Position numbers and translations under genes: made by a program. Of a stretch of DNA of 64,000 bases, positions 1 through 11,315 are shown piece by piece. The DNA is from Nitrosopumilus sp. (GTDB lineage: Archaea > Thermoproteota > Nitrososphaeria > Nitrososphaerales > Nitrosopumilaceae). The stretch covers positions 1,088,001 to 1,152,000 of the forward strand of contig OZ250186.1 of the NCBI GenBank assembly GCA_965238275.1. The letters run 5' to 3'. Below the pieces are notes generated by a model, which was not told the DNA's origin, made no database searches, and saw nothing but the letters and a program-made list of their open reading frames with translations. Numbering within the stretch: position 1 is the stretch's first letter; each line of letters starts with the position of its first letter.

Positions 1-1182
1 CACCTTTCCGTATATCTCGGCCTTGACGTTCTCCCACTTGCGCGCGCTTATGCACTCGCCCAACACCCGCTTGAACGTGGAAAATACAATCTCGACTGAC
101 CACCGGTCGTTGTACCCTGACTCCCTGCGCCACGCCTTCTGGAATTCCCTCTTTTGTTCGCGCGTGAGGCCTGCAAACTTGCGTTCTGCCGTCTTGTCCA
201 TGCAGTCCAGGTCCCCCAGCTGCCTGAATCCTGCCTCCTTGCGGGGCATGCACCCGTTCGCCTTTCCGGCAAAGTCGATGCGGACGGGAATCAGCGGCTC
301 GATTCCCTGCTCGTCGCAGTACCTGCGGATCTTCTGGGTGTCGTACGCGCCGTCGGCTGCCGCCTTGGTGCCTGCAGAAGTGTCTGAGTTTGGTGATTTT
401 TTTGCATTTGCAAGGGCCTGCCCCACCAGTTCCTCAAACTGCGGAGAGTCCCCGCACTTGTCGTCGGTTATGGCCACGGCGTAGATCTTTTTGGTTTTGG
501 CATCCACCCCGACGTGCAGCTTTATGAAGCCCCGCCTGGTCCCCCACTTTTCTGTCATCCAGTCGCCGCGGTTTGTGGGCTTGAGTCCAGTGGAGTCGAA
601 GGCAAACAGCTTGATCTCGGCCCGGGTGCCGCCGTCTGAGAACCACGCAGAAGCCGTGCCGCTACCATCATCATTGTCTGCAACAGTGCAGCCAAGCTTG
701 GTCATCCTCTTCTGGAACGCCGAGTACGTGGGCGCGTTTTCCTTGCCGACTATCGTCTCTGCCAGACCCTGGAGCTGCCTGTACCTTATGCCGGTGGCGT
801 TTTTGAACAGGGATGCTGCTGCAAAGCACGCGTTTGAAAATACGTACGGGCGGCCTACCTTCCCGCAGTTTAGCTTCTCGACCCCCTGAGTCAGGATCTC
901 CGGGCTTATCTGGAGCGTCCACAACTGGCCGCGGTCTATGTACCTGCGGTCATCGTACTGGAACCGGCGTTCTTTGGATTTGAAAGATTTTTTAGCCTCA
1001 TGCGTGCCCGTTTTGTCTGGAGAGGATGTGTTTTCAGTCATGGCGATAACCTGACTGTCTGCACACCTCTCTGATCAATACGGTTTTCTATTGAAGATGT
1101 TTGATATTGTGTTCAAATTCAACTGATCTGGCCTAATTCTGAACCTGTTGGGTGTGACTGGCGATAATTAGGAAACAGAGTT
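1..1182 (-). mobile_element. IS5-family insertion sequence, partial copy cut by the window edge; transposase starts at 1041
   Basis: Near-identical reverse complement of 8168-9350; terminal TAATTAGGAAACAGAGTT ends at 1182. Confidence 0.9.
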
Positions 1183-1608
1183 CGCATATGCAGTACAATT
1201 AATATGATGAATCTTAATGTCTGATGCTTTGGGAATGTTGTGATAAATTGCAAATCTGTCTTGCATGAAATACGAACGCCTGACTTGTTAAAAAATTAAA
1301 CTATTCAGTAACATGATCGTGCTGTTGTTTCCCATTCACCGTCAAGGCGGCATTTGGCCATCCGTATACCATGGGTCACTCTTTTGCACGCCATCATAAG
1401 TGGCAAGTTCTTGCCGACTCCCAGGTCCGACAGGGTAAATGCCATGGTCACCGCTAACGGCAACACATGGCGTCTTCGGCGCGTCGCTAAAGGTGTTTCT
1501 CGGGGATGGCAGTCGGTCGTAAAATCAGTCAGTTGACGCAAAAAGAGTCAGTCAGGTATAGTTTTTTTGACACGCCCTGTAATTAGACGATTCATCCACC
1601 AATAACAC

Positions 1609-1839
1609 ATGGCCAAATACGAGGAACTCATCCATAATGTAACCCGGCATGCAAGTGCGGGGGTATTGCATGACACTACAGGCGAAAAACACATGGCGAT
1701 AACAGAATACGAAGACGGCATAATTGCACTGGATGCCATCTTGAAGGATCATCCGGGACGCGGGCCGCACGATCTGTTCGTTTACAGGCGTGGCCTGTAT
1801 GCCAAACGGATTGACGTGTTGCGTGCACAGTTAATGTGA
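1609..1839 (+). CDS. Small helical hypothetical protein (76 aa), possibly MIT-like three-helix bundle
   Basis: Coding-like ORF with a three-helix pattern (AITEYEDGIIALDAIL ... YAKRIDVLRAQL); the fold is inference only. Confidence 0.5.
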   Translation: MAKYEELIHNVTRHASAGVLHDTTGEKHMAITEYEDGIIALDAILKDHPGRGPHDLFVYRRGLYAKRIDVLRAQLM

Positions 1840-2043
1840 CGGATATTTGTCATATGTGTGGCATCTTGGATGGCTCATTGATTCAGATTCATCCAACTCA
1901 TTACCACAAAACACGCACATGTTCTCGTCCTGCCGTCTGAACCATTCATCGAGGCATACCATGTGTACGTCACCGCTCCCACCATCGCCGGCATCTTTGT
2001 CTGGATATATCTCCCTGTCGCAAAACATGCATGGGCCTAGCAT
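1831..2043 (-). CDS. Double zinc-finger microprotein, family member 1
   Basis: CMFC...HMVCLDEWFRR...CVFCG...HPRC; the motif is shared with three other ORFs in the window. Confidence 0.75.
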   Translation of the reverse strand: MLGPCMFCDREIYPDKDAGDGGSGDVHMVCLDEWFRRQDENMCVFCGNELDESESMSHPRCHTYDKYPSH

Positions 2044-2344
2044 GCAGACAGATGTATACGGTACGTAAAAACACCTTGGCTGTGTCAAAATAACGGATGC
2101 CGGTATTCATGGCCAACAACATCCAATAGAAAGCATACATATGCTGACGCGTAGCTTGTTGAACACATGATAACCCTGCCCACCACGTGTGACGGGCTGA
2201 CCCCTGACTGTGCATGGTCACAAAGACCTGGTCTTTGAATGGGGCTATCCGAGCTGCCGTGTTACTGGACTTTGAGTCTAAGAGGCGGCAGACGCAGTTC
2301 AGCCGGGGAGCCGCAGCAGGAGACGCAGGTGATGCTCCAAAGGG

Positions 2345-2441
2345 CGCATGTTCACGTTTCTCAGGTACCGGGGCATGCCGCCGCACGATGACGCAACCGA
2401 GCTGGAGATACACGGCACTGTACAGGAACGCGCAACACCAG
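2345..2441 (+). pseudogene. Degenerate fragment of an IS66 transposase C-terminus
   Basis: Translates MFTFLRYRGMPPHDDATELEI, compared with MFTFLRHPGMPPHNNAAELEI in 45857-47389. Confidence 0.65.
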
Positions 2442-4418
2442 AGACGTAATCCGTAATTAGTCGTTAGGCACAAAGTGGGAATAGATGCTAGGCACGAAAT
2501 GACCCAAAACTGCCTATTACGTAACTGTGTAGTTTTTTGATCAAATGGTGAATTCCATGCCTACAAGATCCTCCGCACTATGTATTTTTTTCAAACATGG
2601 AACCAGATTCTCGCGCAGGACCGTGCATAATCAACGATCATCGTCCCCTTGCCTTGCAGACGTCTGCTTGATGCTCAGGTGCGCAGCACGGCAATCGGCG
2701 TCTGCGCGCCTTCTTGGACCTGCTCCCGTTGACTGTTCTTGCGAAGAGTCAACGTACGGCCTGATGGCCCGCTCTGCCCGGTTGTTGTGGTATTCGACAT
2801 CGTCAGTCTCCAGAAACGCAAACAGGTGATCCCTTTCCCGCACCAGCCGTCGCATCCCGGCAGGTCTGTTGCAGTGCTTGCCGTCGCGGTCCTTCACGCC
2901 GATCCCGGCCTATCAGCGAACGCGATGCGACGGTCCACTTCGCACGACTCTTCTTGGTCGGCATAGCGCGGTCTGCTCCTCCCGGAATGGCACCGTCAGA
3001 CGTGCGAGTCCCACAGTAAATGCTGCGCAGCGTCCTTGCGTGCCGCCGGTAGTCCTGGCCGGATTGGCGTATCTCAGGGTGTCCTTGATGTACCGGGCTG
3101 TAATGCAGGTCAGGCCACTTTTGGTGCATGGATCCTATGACGCATTTTCCACGCTCACCCACGAGTAACATCGTGCTGTTGTTTCCCATTCACCGTCAAG
3201 GCGCATCCCGTATACCATGGGTCACTCTTTTGCACGCCATCATAAGTGGCAAGTTCTTGCCGACTCCCAGGTCCGACAGGGTAAATGCCATGGTCACCGC
3301 TAACGGCAACACATGGCGTCTTCGGCGCGTCGCTAAAGGTGTTTCTCGGGGATGGCAGTCGGTCGTAAACTCAGTCAGTTGACGCAAAAAGAGTCAGTCA
3401 GGTATAGTTTTTTTGACACGCCCTGTAATTAGACGATTCATCAATAACACATGGCCAAATACGAGGAACCATCCATAATGTAACCCGGCATGCAAGTGCG
3501 GGGGTCCTTGCATGACACTACAGGCGAAAAACACATGGCATATCCAGAATCTGACATGCCGTGCATAATTGCCTGAGGATGACCATCATTGAAGGATCAT
3601 AAAGTTGATCCCGTACCTGGAGTTTGGCAGTTGCCAGGCGGGCCTGTCCTGCCGGACACGTGTCTTCTTGCACAGTTCCTGCAGCGGATCTTTACTGTCA
3701 CCTTGATGTGCTCTAGTTCCATCATCCGGGACGCGGGCCCCTGGCACAGCTTGGATGGCTCATTGATTCAGATTCATCCAACTCATTACCCAAAACACGC
3801 ACATGTTCTCGTCCTGCCGTCTGAACCATTCATCGAGGCATACCATGTGTACGTCACCGCTCCCACCATCGCCGGCATCTTTGTCTGGATATATCTCCCC
3901 GCGCAAAACATGCATGGGCCTAGCATGCAGACAGATGTATACGGTACGTAAAAACCCTTGGCTGTGTCAAAATAACGGATGCCGGTATTCATGGCCAACA
4001 ACATCCAATAGAAAGCATACATATGCTGACGCGTAGCTTGTTGAACACATGATAACCCTGCCCGGACGTGTGACGGGCTGACCCCTGATCTGTGCATGGT
4101 CACAAAGACCTGGTCTTTGAATTTGGCTATCCGAGCTGCCGTGTTACTGGACTTTGAGTCTAAGAGGCGGCAGACCTTCAGCCGGGGAGCCGCAGCAGGA
4201 GACGCAGGTGATGCTCCAAAGGGCGCATGTTCATGTTTCTCAGGTACCGGGGCATGCCGCCGCACGATGACGCAACCGAGCTGGAGATACACGGCACTGT
4301 AAAAATAGTTTCAAAAAAAACTACACCAGAGACGTAATCCGTTTAGTCGTTAGGCACAAAGTGGGAATAGATGCTACGGCACGAAATGACCCAAAACTGC
4401 CTATTACGGATTATGTCT
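2442..4418. mobile_element. 90-bp IS5-type MITE interrupted at 2520 by a reverse IS66 copy; interior garbled
   Basis: 2442-2520 matches the MITE at 22871. An IS66 end GTAACTGTGTAGTTTTTTGATCAAATG starts at 2521. The MITE end CCTATTACGGATTATGTCT is at 4400-4418. Confidence 0.7.
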
Positions 4419-5268
4419 CTGGTATCCACTGTCTAGGAGCTCTCTGACCTTGGTCCTTTTCTTGTCCTTGCCCCCGTCCTTGCATGGAAGATTCTCTGGG
4501 AATGTCGGGTGCTTTTTTTTGAATACCGCAAAGTCATGGATCTTGCCCGGGGAATGCCTGGTCTTGTGGAGGATGAGGCCGTCCGTGGCTGGCGTGTACT
4601 GGACCTTGGACGTGTGCCTGTGTGCCTTGCCCGAGTAGTGGGACTTTTCCATGTCCTTGCGCTTGGGGCGCTGTATCTGCTGCTCGGAGGCATCAATCAG
4701 GGCAGTCAGGCCCGGAATGATCTCATCAAGATCGTCAAGCGTCTTGGTGGCCTTGATGTCAGAGTATATCTTTGACGGAAGCGGAACGCACTGCCGGATC
4801 GACGGCTCCAGTGCCCCCATGCTGCGGGACACGCTGGCCTGACCCACATGGAACGTCAGGGCAAGAAGATCCTGCGTGGCGTATGTCCTGTAATAGAACA
4901 GGACCAGAAGAAACCTGTTTTTCAGATCCAGTTTCCACCTGCGTCCGGCGCCCATGCCGCGCACCCTGTCTCTTCTGGAGAGTCGCTTTTGCTCTGCCTT
5001 GGGGTATTTTTCTGCCAGCCGCCCTGCCACCAAATCAAATTCGGAGACTGTCAGTCCAGTGCACCGGATGAACAGATTGGGCTTTTTTGTCAATCTGTCG
5101 TACAATGACATGCTTTGACATTGGAAATCAAAATAAAACACGACTGACGTATCGTTTTGATCATTGGGTGAGCCCGAATTGACCTGTAATCCCTGCAACC
5201 GACCGGATTTGGTTCGACAATGTGCCCAATCGCGTGGTTATGCCCAATTACGGATGATGATGATGTCT
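4419..5268 (-). mobile_element. IS5-family element (HTH + DDE transposase, ATG at 5111), 3'-truncated at a MITE end
   Basis: Homologous to 9838-11004; motifs LIDASEQ, HDFAVF and LDSGYQ; slipped TIR at about 5245-5268. Confidence 0.85.
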
Positions 5269-5446
5269 CATGGATCGTGACAAGAATGCCGGGCGCAGCA
5301 TCCTGGCGCGTGGGCTGTGGTGGTTTGGCCCAGTCGGATCCGCAAGTGAAGCGATGGTGGTGAGGGCTAGATCTGGGAAGCCGGATTCGAATACTTTAGT
5401 CGATGCGGATCAGTCAAGTCGCGGGTCACCGTAACTTTACAGAGCC
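5269..5446 (+). pseudogene. tnpB: 3' remnant of a TnpB gene with its element end (probable omegaRNA region)
   Basis: Translates MDRDKNAGRSILARGLWWFGPVGSASEAM, a RuvC-III DRDxNA motif; ends GGGTCACCGTAACTTTACAGAGCC. Confidence 0.7.
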
Positions 5447-5463
5447 GCCACTGAACAACATTA

Positions 5464-6309
5464 ATGAATCGCGGCGTTTCACATGGCTTGTTGGTTATGG
5501 CAAGCATGATCTCCATACTGGAATCGGACGGAATCTACACTGACGAGAAGACCGTACGCGGCATATTGGAAATGGGGGAAGAGTCGTTCCATCTTTTGGC
5601 ACAACTTGCGACAGATGATGAGTACTGGAACGATCTGGATGATGACAGCTTGGTTCCAATATGTGCAATACATATTCTGGCCAAGATGAAACATTACAGG
5701 GCGCAGCTGGTCATAAACACAGCCATCATAAAGCATTATGAAGAAACCGGCGACTGGCTGACCGAGGACATGCCGTACGTGCTGGCACACATGGGGGTCG
5801 GTGCCATACCGACGTTGACTGCCCTCATGCGGTACGATGGTGCCGACATATTCGTGCGAGGCGGCACGGCAGGCGCGTTGATTATGATCGCCATGGACAA
5901 TCCGGAGGTAAAATCTGGCATAGTTGCATCGATAAAGGATGCCGCACAAAACGAGGCAGACATTGTAACAAGGACCGTACTTGTCAATGTCCTGCTGGAC
6001 CTGAAAGATCCCGACCTGTACGGATACCTAAAGGACTCGTTGGAGACAGGCTTTATCCTAGATGATTATTTCGATCTGGATTATCTTGACGGCGCATATG
6101 CTGGCACGTTCAATCCATCACGCGGGGTTCCAATGGATCCCCTGTACATTTTCTCGTATTCCGATGAGAACCCATACAAATATGCGGACGGCGACAGAGG
6201 CAGTGCCGGGCCACACACAATCCCGAAGGTAGGCAGAAACGAACGCTGCCCCTGCGGTTCGGGGAAAAAATACAAAAAATGCTGTCTATCCATGAGACAT
6301 AATCCGTAA
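5464..6309 (+). CDS. HEAT-like (DUF1186-type) protein with C-terminal SEC-C motif; last four residues supplied by a MITE
   Basis: [20 protein letters not shown]; the terminal RHNP-stop is encoded by the TIR starting at 6295. Confidence 0.85.
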   Translation: MNRGVSHGLLVMASMISILESDGIYTDEKTVRGILEMGEESFHLLAQLATDDEYWNDLDDDSLVPICAIHILAKMKHYRAQLVINTAIIKHYEETGDWLTEDMPYVLAHMGVGAIPTLTALMRYDGADIFVRGGTAGALIMIAMDNPEVKSGIVASIKDAAQNEADIVTRTVLVNVLLDLKDPDLYGYLKDSLETGFILDDYFDLDYLDGAYAGTFNPSRGVPMDPLYIFSYSDENPYKYADGDRGSAGPHTIPKVGRNERCPCGSGKKYKKCCLSMRHNP

Positions 6310-6382
6310 TGAACGATTTGTCGTGAATCTGTGCCTAGCACCCACGTCCACTTTGCCTAACTGCTAATTACGGATTATGTCT
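6295..6382. mobile_element. 88-bp IS5-type MITE
   Basis: AGACATAATCCGTAAT ... ATTACGGATTATGTCT inverted ends with no ORF between them. Confidence 0.9.
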
Positions 6383-6593
6383 CAGGAGTTCGTCAAGACC
6401 GGCACGGCAAAATACGTGGAATACGCGTGTCCGCTCATGCTGTTTACGGCCGCCGCGGCATTCATGTTGTTGTTGGCACATGCTCACATTGCGATCTTGG
6501 TTGTATAGCTGCAGGATCCGCAAACTATCTCTGCTATCCCACGGTTCACGTATTCACGGGTTTCATGGTCGGTGATGCGCATGCATTCGACAC

Positions 6594-6661
6594 GGCACTG
6601 TTCAGAATTGTGGATCAAGGGTCAAATCATACCGGCCAGATCACCAAAAATGAACAGTGCC
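6594..6661. mobile_element. 68-bp palindromic MITE with IS6-like ends
   Basis: GGCACTGTTCA ... TGAACAGTGCC; the inner GATCACCAAAA is shared with the 47-bp copies. Confidence 0.75.
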
Positions 6662-6992
6662 GTATTCTCGAACCGCCCGTGGCACGTTTCGACAACGTTC
6701 AACCCGTCCCCACACGTCACATCAAACGCGCCGTGGAACCTGTGCCGCCCGTCGTACATCTTTTGGACAAACCTCTCTTCTTCTGCTGGATAGCGCCCGC
6801 CGTGGTACATGCCGCCGTCCTAGAAATCGAACACCAACACGTCCAGGTTCACAACATCACCGTAATTCAGTTTGAGCTTCTGAATCAAGGACAGGACGGC
6901 GTGGGCGGATCCTGCCTGTCAGGCTGGATCTTTTACTTCTGTGTTAACTGACCCTGGAAGAATTATTATATATACATGGAGAAAAACATTCA

Positions 6993-7841
6993 ATGATTGT
7001 AGTGACGAACAAACAACGCACGTTGTTGATGGCAATCGCCATAATCGCCGTCGCAGGCGTGGCCGTCATCATCATCATCACCACCACCACCACCACCACC
7101 ACTGCCACTGTCGGCTTTCTTGTCACAGATTCCTCGACTGTCACCGTCACCACCACCACCTACAACCCAGACATGACAGACTGGTGGGACGACATGATCG
7201 AGCACCTTGACGACGAGAAAAGCAAGATCTGGACCGAGCCAGCTTGGGGCGACGAGATATGGGTCGAAATAGAAGATCTAGGCAATGACATGTACCGCAT
7301 ATCACTGCACGGCATAGCCGCGTCCGGCCAACCCATCGTGTACACGATAACGGAGACCGCAACCGGGTACGACAAGTATGGACCGGCATTGCCTGACGGC
7401 AGCATGGATTCTCGCAGTTACATAAAAATTAATGAGGGCGAGGGAACTGCTCCAATAGAAGGCTACGCCCACATAGACCACGTACCGGTGACCCAGGCGA
7501 TTCATCCGTTTCCAATCAACAGCATCACGCACCACGCTTCGAACGACACCATAACCGTCGTCTTCGAAGGCGGTACGCACCCGTCATCCGGGGCCGTCAC
7601 GAATTTTGAATACTCCGACAGTTACGCGGTAAACGAATCATTCGCGTTTGGCTGCTACGAATCCGGGGACTATGCGTACTTGGTGTTTTACGGGTACTTG
7701 GGAACCGTCACGGTGAACAATACGACACACATGCGCCTTTTGCACTACGACGGTATGACCCAAGATCCAATGCAGTGCGCCTACCCTGACGTCATACGCC
7801 ATTCAAAGTCCGCCATTCCGGAAAATATTGACTATAACTAA
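6993..7841 (+). CDS. Membrane-anchored or secreted hypothetical protein with a poly-Thr linker
   Basis: N-terminal hydrophobic segment, (ATC)4(ACC)7 repeat, acidic extracellular domain, and TTATTATATATA upstream. Confidence 0.8.
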   Translation: MIVVTNKQRTLLMAIAIIAVAGVAVIIIITTTTTTTTATVGFLVTDSSTVTVTTTTYNPDMTDWWDDMIEHLDDEKSKIWTEPAWGDEIWVEIEDLGNDMYRISLHGIAASGQPIVYTITETATGYDKYGPALPDGSMDSRSYIKINEGEGTAPIEGYAHIDHVPVTQAIHPFPINSITHHASNDTITVVFEGGTHPSSGAVTNFEYSDSYAVNESFAFGCYESGDYAYLVFYGYLGTVTVNNTTHMRLLHYDGMTQDPMQCAYPDVIRHSKSAIPENIDYN

Positions 7842-7886
7842 AATGATGAACGGCAGAAAGATCGGCTTGATTGCATTGGTACCCGT

Positions 7887-7944
7887 GGCACTGTTCATTT
7901 TTGGTGATCTGGCTTGCATGGGTTGACAGGGTTTAACTATGACC
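7887..7944. mobile_element. Degenerate IS6-like MITE inserted in a small signal-peptide-like ORF starting at 7843
   Basis: GGCACTGTTCATTTTTGGTGATCTGGC is the reverse complement of 6635-6661; removing the insert gives MMNGRKIGLIALVPVIVVAIAIL. Confidence 0.6.
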
Positions 7945-8167
7945 CATAGTCGTGGCCATAGCAATCCTGACACCTGCCAGCCATTAATCCGGAAAATCCC
8001 ATAGATGAGTCCTCAGAATGGTCTCAAAAATGATTTACAAGAACCCATTATTTCCTGACATTGCAGCATAATAGGCTGGTGTGTAAGTCGTTCATATTGC
8101 AACACAGGAACAAACAAACACACCAAGATAGCTACGCCGGATCTCCATTTAAGGTAATTGATTCGGC

Positions 8168-9521
8168 AACTTTGTTTCCTAATTATCGCCAGTCACACCC
8201 AACAGGTTCAGAATTAGGCCAGATCAGTTGAATTTGAACATCATATCAAACATCTTCAATAGAAAACCGTATTGATCAGAGAGGTGTGCAGGCAGTCAGG
8301 TAACAGCCATGACTGAAAACACATCCTCTCCAGACAAAACGGGCACGCATGAGGCTAAAAAATCTTTCAAATCCAAAGAACGCCGGTTCCAGTACGATGA
8401 CCGCAGGTACATAGACCGCGGCCAGTTGTGGACGCTCCAGATAAGCCCGGAGATCCTGACTCAGGGAGTCGAGAAGCTAAACTGCGGGAAGGTAGGCCGC
8501 CCGTACGTATTTTCAAACGCGTGCTTTGCAGCAGCATCCCTGTTCAAAAACGCCACCGGCATAAGGTACAGGCAGCTCCAGGGTCTGGCAGAGACGATAG
8601 TCGGCAAGGAAAACGCGCCCACGTACTCGGCGTTCCAGAAGAGGATGGCCAAGCTTGGCTGCACTGTTGCAGACAATGATGATGGTAGCGGCACGGCTTC
8701 TGCGTGGTTCTCAGACGGCGGCACCCGGGCCGAGATCAAGCTGTTTGCCTTCGACTCCACTGGACTCAAGCCCACAAACCGCGGCGACTGGATGACAGAA
8801 AAGTGGGGGACCAGGCGGGGCTTCATAAAGCTGCACGTCGGGGTGGATGCCAAAACCAAAAAGATCTACGCCGTGGCCATAACCGACGACAAGTGCGGGG
8901 ACTCTCCGCAGTTTGAGGAACTGGTGGGGCAGGCCCTTGCAAATGCAAAAAAATCACCAAACTCAGACACTTCTGCAGGCACCAAGGCGGCAGCCGACGG
9001 CGCGTACGACACCCAGAAGATCCGCAGGTACTGCGACGAGCAGGGAATCGAGCCGCTGATTCCCGTCCGCATCGACTTTGCCGGAAAGGCGAACGGGTGC
9101 ATGCCCCGCAAGGAGGCAGGATTCAGGCAGCTGGGGGACCTGGACTGCATGGACAAGACGGCAGAACGCAAGTTTGCAGGCCTCACGCGCGAACAAAAGA
9201 GGGAATTCCAGAAGGCGTGGCGCAGGGAGTCAGGGTACAACGACCGGTGGTCAGTCGAGATTGTATTTTCCACGTTCAAGCGGGTGTTGGGCGAGTGCAT
9301 AAGCGCGCGCAAGTGGGAGAACGTCAAGGCCGAGATATACGGAAAGGTGCAGCTGTACAACCAGATGATCGATACTGCAATCGACAACGGGTACGGCACG
9401 CCAAGGATCGTGCAAGCCTACAAGCCCGGCCCAAGGACTGCAAGGGAAGGGGGCAAGACGACGACGTAGGCAGAATTGCACAGACGAGTATCTGTGTCGA
9501 GCGTAATTAGGAAACAGAGTT
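8168..9521 (+). mobile_element. Complete IS5-family element
   Basis: 18-bp TIR AACT(T/C)TGTTTCCTAATTA; 8-bp TSD GATTCGGC at 8160-8167 and 9522-9529. Confidence 0.92.
8309..9469 (+). CDS. IS5-family DDE transposase
   Basis: FDSTGLK, FIKLHVGVD, ADGAYD and YNDRWSVEIVFSTFKR motifs. Confidence 0.92.
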   Translation: MTENTSSPDKTGTHEAKKSFKSKERRFQYDDRRYIDRGQLWTLQISPEILTQGVEKLNCGKVGRPYVFSNACFAAASLFKNATGIRYRQLQGLAETIVGKENAPTYSAFQKRMAKLGCTVADNDDGSGTASAWFSDGGTRAEIKLFAFDSTGLKPTNRGDWMTEKWGTRRGFIKLHVGVDAKTKKIYAVAITDDKCGDSPQFEELVGQALANAKKSPNSDTSAGTKAAADGAYDTQKIRRYCDEQGIEPLIPVRIDFAGKANGCMPRKEAGFRQLGDLDCMDKTAERKFAGLTREQKREFQKAWRRESGYNDRWSVEIVFSTFKRVLGECISARKWENVKAEIYGKVQLYNQMIDTAIDNGYGTPRIVQAYKPGPRTAREGGKTTT

Positions 9522-9529
9522 GATTCGGC

Positions 9530-9576
9530 GGCTCTGGTAAATTTTAGTAATCTGATCACCAAAATTTAACAAATCC
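9530..9576. repeat. 47-bp palindromic MITE (IS6-like ends)
   Basis: GGCTCTGGTAAATTTTAGTAATCTGATCACCAAAATTTAACAAATCC, similar to the copies at 22135, 25558 and 34936. Confidence 0.75.
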
Positions 9577-9711
9577 GCAGGGTTATTCCCTTGCGACTTG
9601 ATCTTCCTGAACCGCGTTTGCTCATGTGGACATATGTTCAATTGCCGTATTTAACGTATACTTATCGCTATAAGCCTCGATTTTTGGCTACTCTGATTCA
9701 GCCACTCTAGG

Positions 9712-11157
9712 TCACGCAGCCTCGCACCCGCACGAATCCATGCCGGAACCGCACTTGAGGCACTTGGCGTATTCTGCGTTCAACCGGTTGGGCCTTATCA
9801 CCTGTATGGTGTCCTCGCCTACCTCATGGTACTCCTTAGACATAATCCGTAATTGGGTATAACCACACGATTGGACGCATTGCAGGACAAATCCGGTTGA
9901 TTGCACGGAATTGCATGTCAATTCGAACTTACCCGATGATCAAAACTATCGTCAGCCGTGTTTTATTCTGATTGCCCATGTCAAAGCATGTCATTATACG
10001 ACAAATTAGCAAAAAAGCCCAAACTGTTCATCCGGTGCACTGGACTGACAGTCTCCGAATTTAATTTGGTGGCAGGGCGGCTGGCAAAAAAATACCCCAG
10101 GGCAGAGCAAAAGCGACTCTCCAAAAGAAGCAGGATGCCGGCATTGGTGCCGGACGCAGGTGGAAACTGGATCTGAAAAACAGGTTTCTTCTGGTCCTGT
10201 TTTATTACAGGACATACGCCACACAGGATCTTCTTGCCATGGTGTTTCAGGTGGGCCTTAGCGTGTCCCGCAGCATGGGGGCACTGGAGCCGTCGATCCG
10301 GCAGTGCGTTCCGCTTCCGTCAAAGATCTACGCCAGCATCAAGGCCACCAAGACGCTTGACGATCTTGAGGAGATCATTCCGGGCCTGACTGCCCTGATT
10401 GATGCCTCCGAGCAGCAGATACAACGTCCCGGGCGCAAGGACATGGAACGGTCCCACTACTCGGGCAAGGCACACAGGCACACGTCCAAGGTCCAGTACA
10501 CATCGGCCACGGACGGCCTCATCCTTCACAAGACCCGGCATTCCCCGGGCAGGATCCACGACTTTGCAGTATTCAAAAAGAAACACCCGACATTCCCTGA
10601 CAACCTTCCACGCAAGGACGGGAGCAAGGACAAGAAAAGGATCAAGGTCAGAGAGATCCTGGATGGCGGATACCAGGGGATCAACAAGGAGTTTCCTGAC
10701 CGGGATGCCGTAGTGCCGTACAAGAAGCAAAAAGGTGCAGAATTGTCCCCCGAGCAGAAGGAATTCAACAAAAAACACTCAAAGGTACGGGTGTATGTGG
10801 AGCACGCCATCCGCAGGGTCAAACGGTTTCGCATAATGGGCGGTGTCTACCGAAACCGCCTGAAAAAATATGACACCATCAATGACATCGTTTGCGGATT
10901 TGCCAACCTCAGGGTTCTCCTAGTCCGGGAAGCAATCGGGTAGGAGTCAAAAAACCTACACAATATAGGAAAATATGCATAATTTCTAATTACGGATTAT
11001 GTCTCTTGTGGTTCCAGCACTCCCTGCACATCTGGAACATGAACGTCTTGTGATCCTTGTATCTTGTCTCGACCTCCGGCTCGTGCTGGCATGATCGTAT
11101 CGTCTTGAGCCTGTCAAGGATGTCCATGAATTCCATCACTGCTTCTGTATCTTGCAT
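9712..11157 (-). pseudogene. Small Cys-rich protein gene split by the IS at 9838-11004
   Basis: Removing the IS and one TSD joins ...MCRECWNHK to EYHEVGEDT...KCLKCGSG in frame. Confidence 0.8.
9838..11004 (+). mobile_element. IS5-family element; transposase 9988-10943 with two frameshifts; likely partner family of the 88-90 bp MITEs
   Basis: TIR AGACATAATCCGTAATT; 3-bp TSD CTT; LDGGYQG and RVYVEHAIRRVKRF motifs. Confidence 0.9.
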
Positions 11158-11315
11158 GCAACCAATGGAACAGTTTGAATAAAAGCCCCAAACGAACCCG
11201 TCCCGGAGATCCTTGCAAAACCCCACTGCATCCTATGTCAATTTACCACTTTACCAAAATTTTACCGCGCATTTTTATCAACTATGTTGTCGTAGCATAC
11301 GTACCGGGATACGTA

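Noticed and set aside
3167-4330. Genuine tandem duplication, or diversity-generating template/variable repeat pair with 1307-2440
   Set aside because: Differences are scattered indels and IS66 intrusions rather than adenine-specific substitutions, and no reverse transcriptase is present; most likely an assembly artefact.
2442-6382. Composite transposon bounded by MITEs with a CAG TSD
   Set aside because: CAG is a preferred target triplet, and the left flank (an IS66 remnant) does not continue in the right flank.
6427-6951. 174-aa plus-strand ORF
   Set aside because: Probably antisense to a degraded minus-strand gene, and it crosses a MITE; no product can be supported.
6941-7210. Poly-His ORF as a metal-binding peptide
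   Set aside because: Alternative frame of the ATC/ACC repeat within the better-supported gene 6993-7841.
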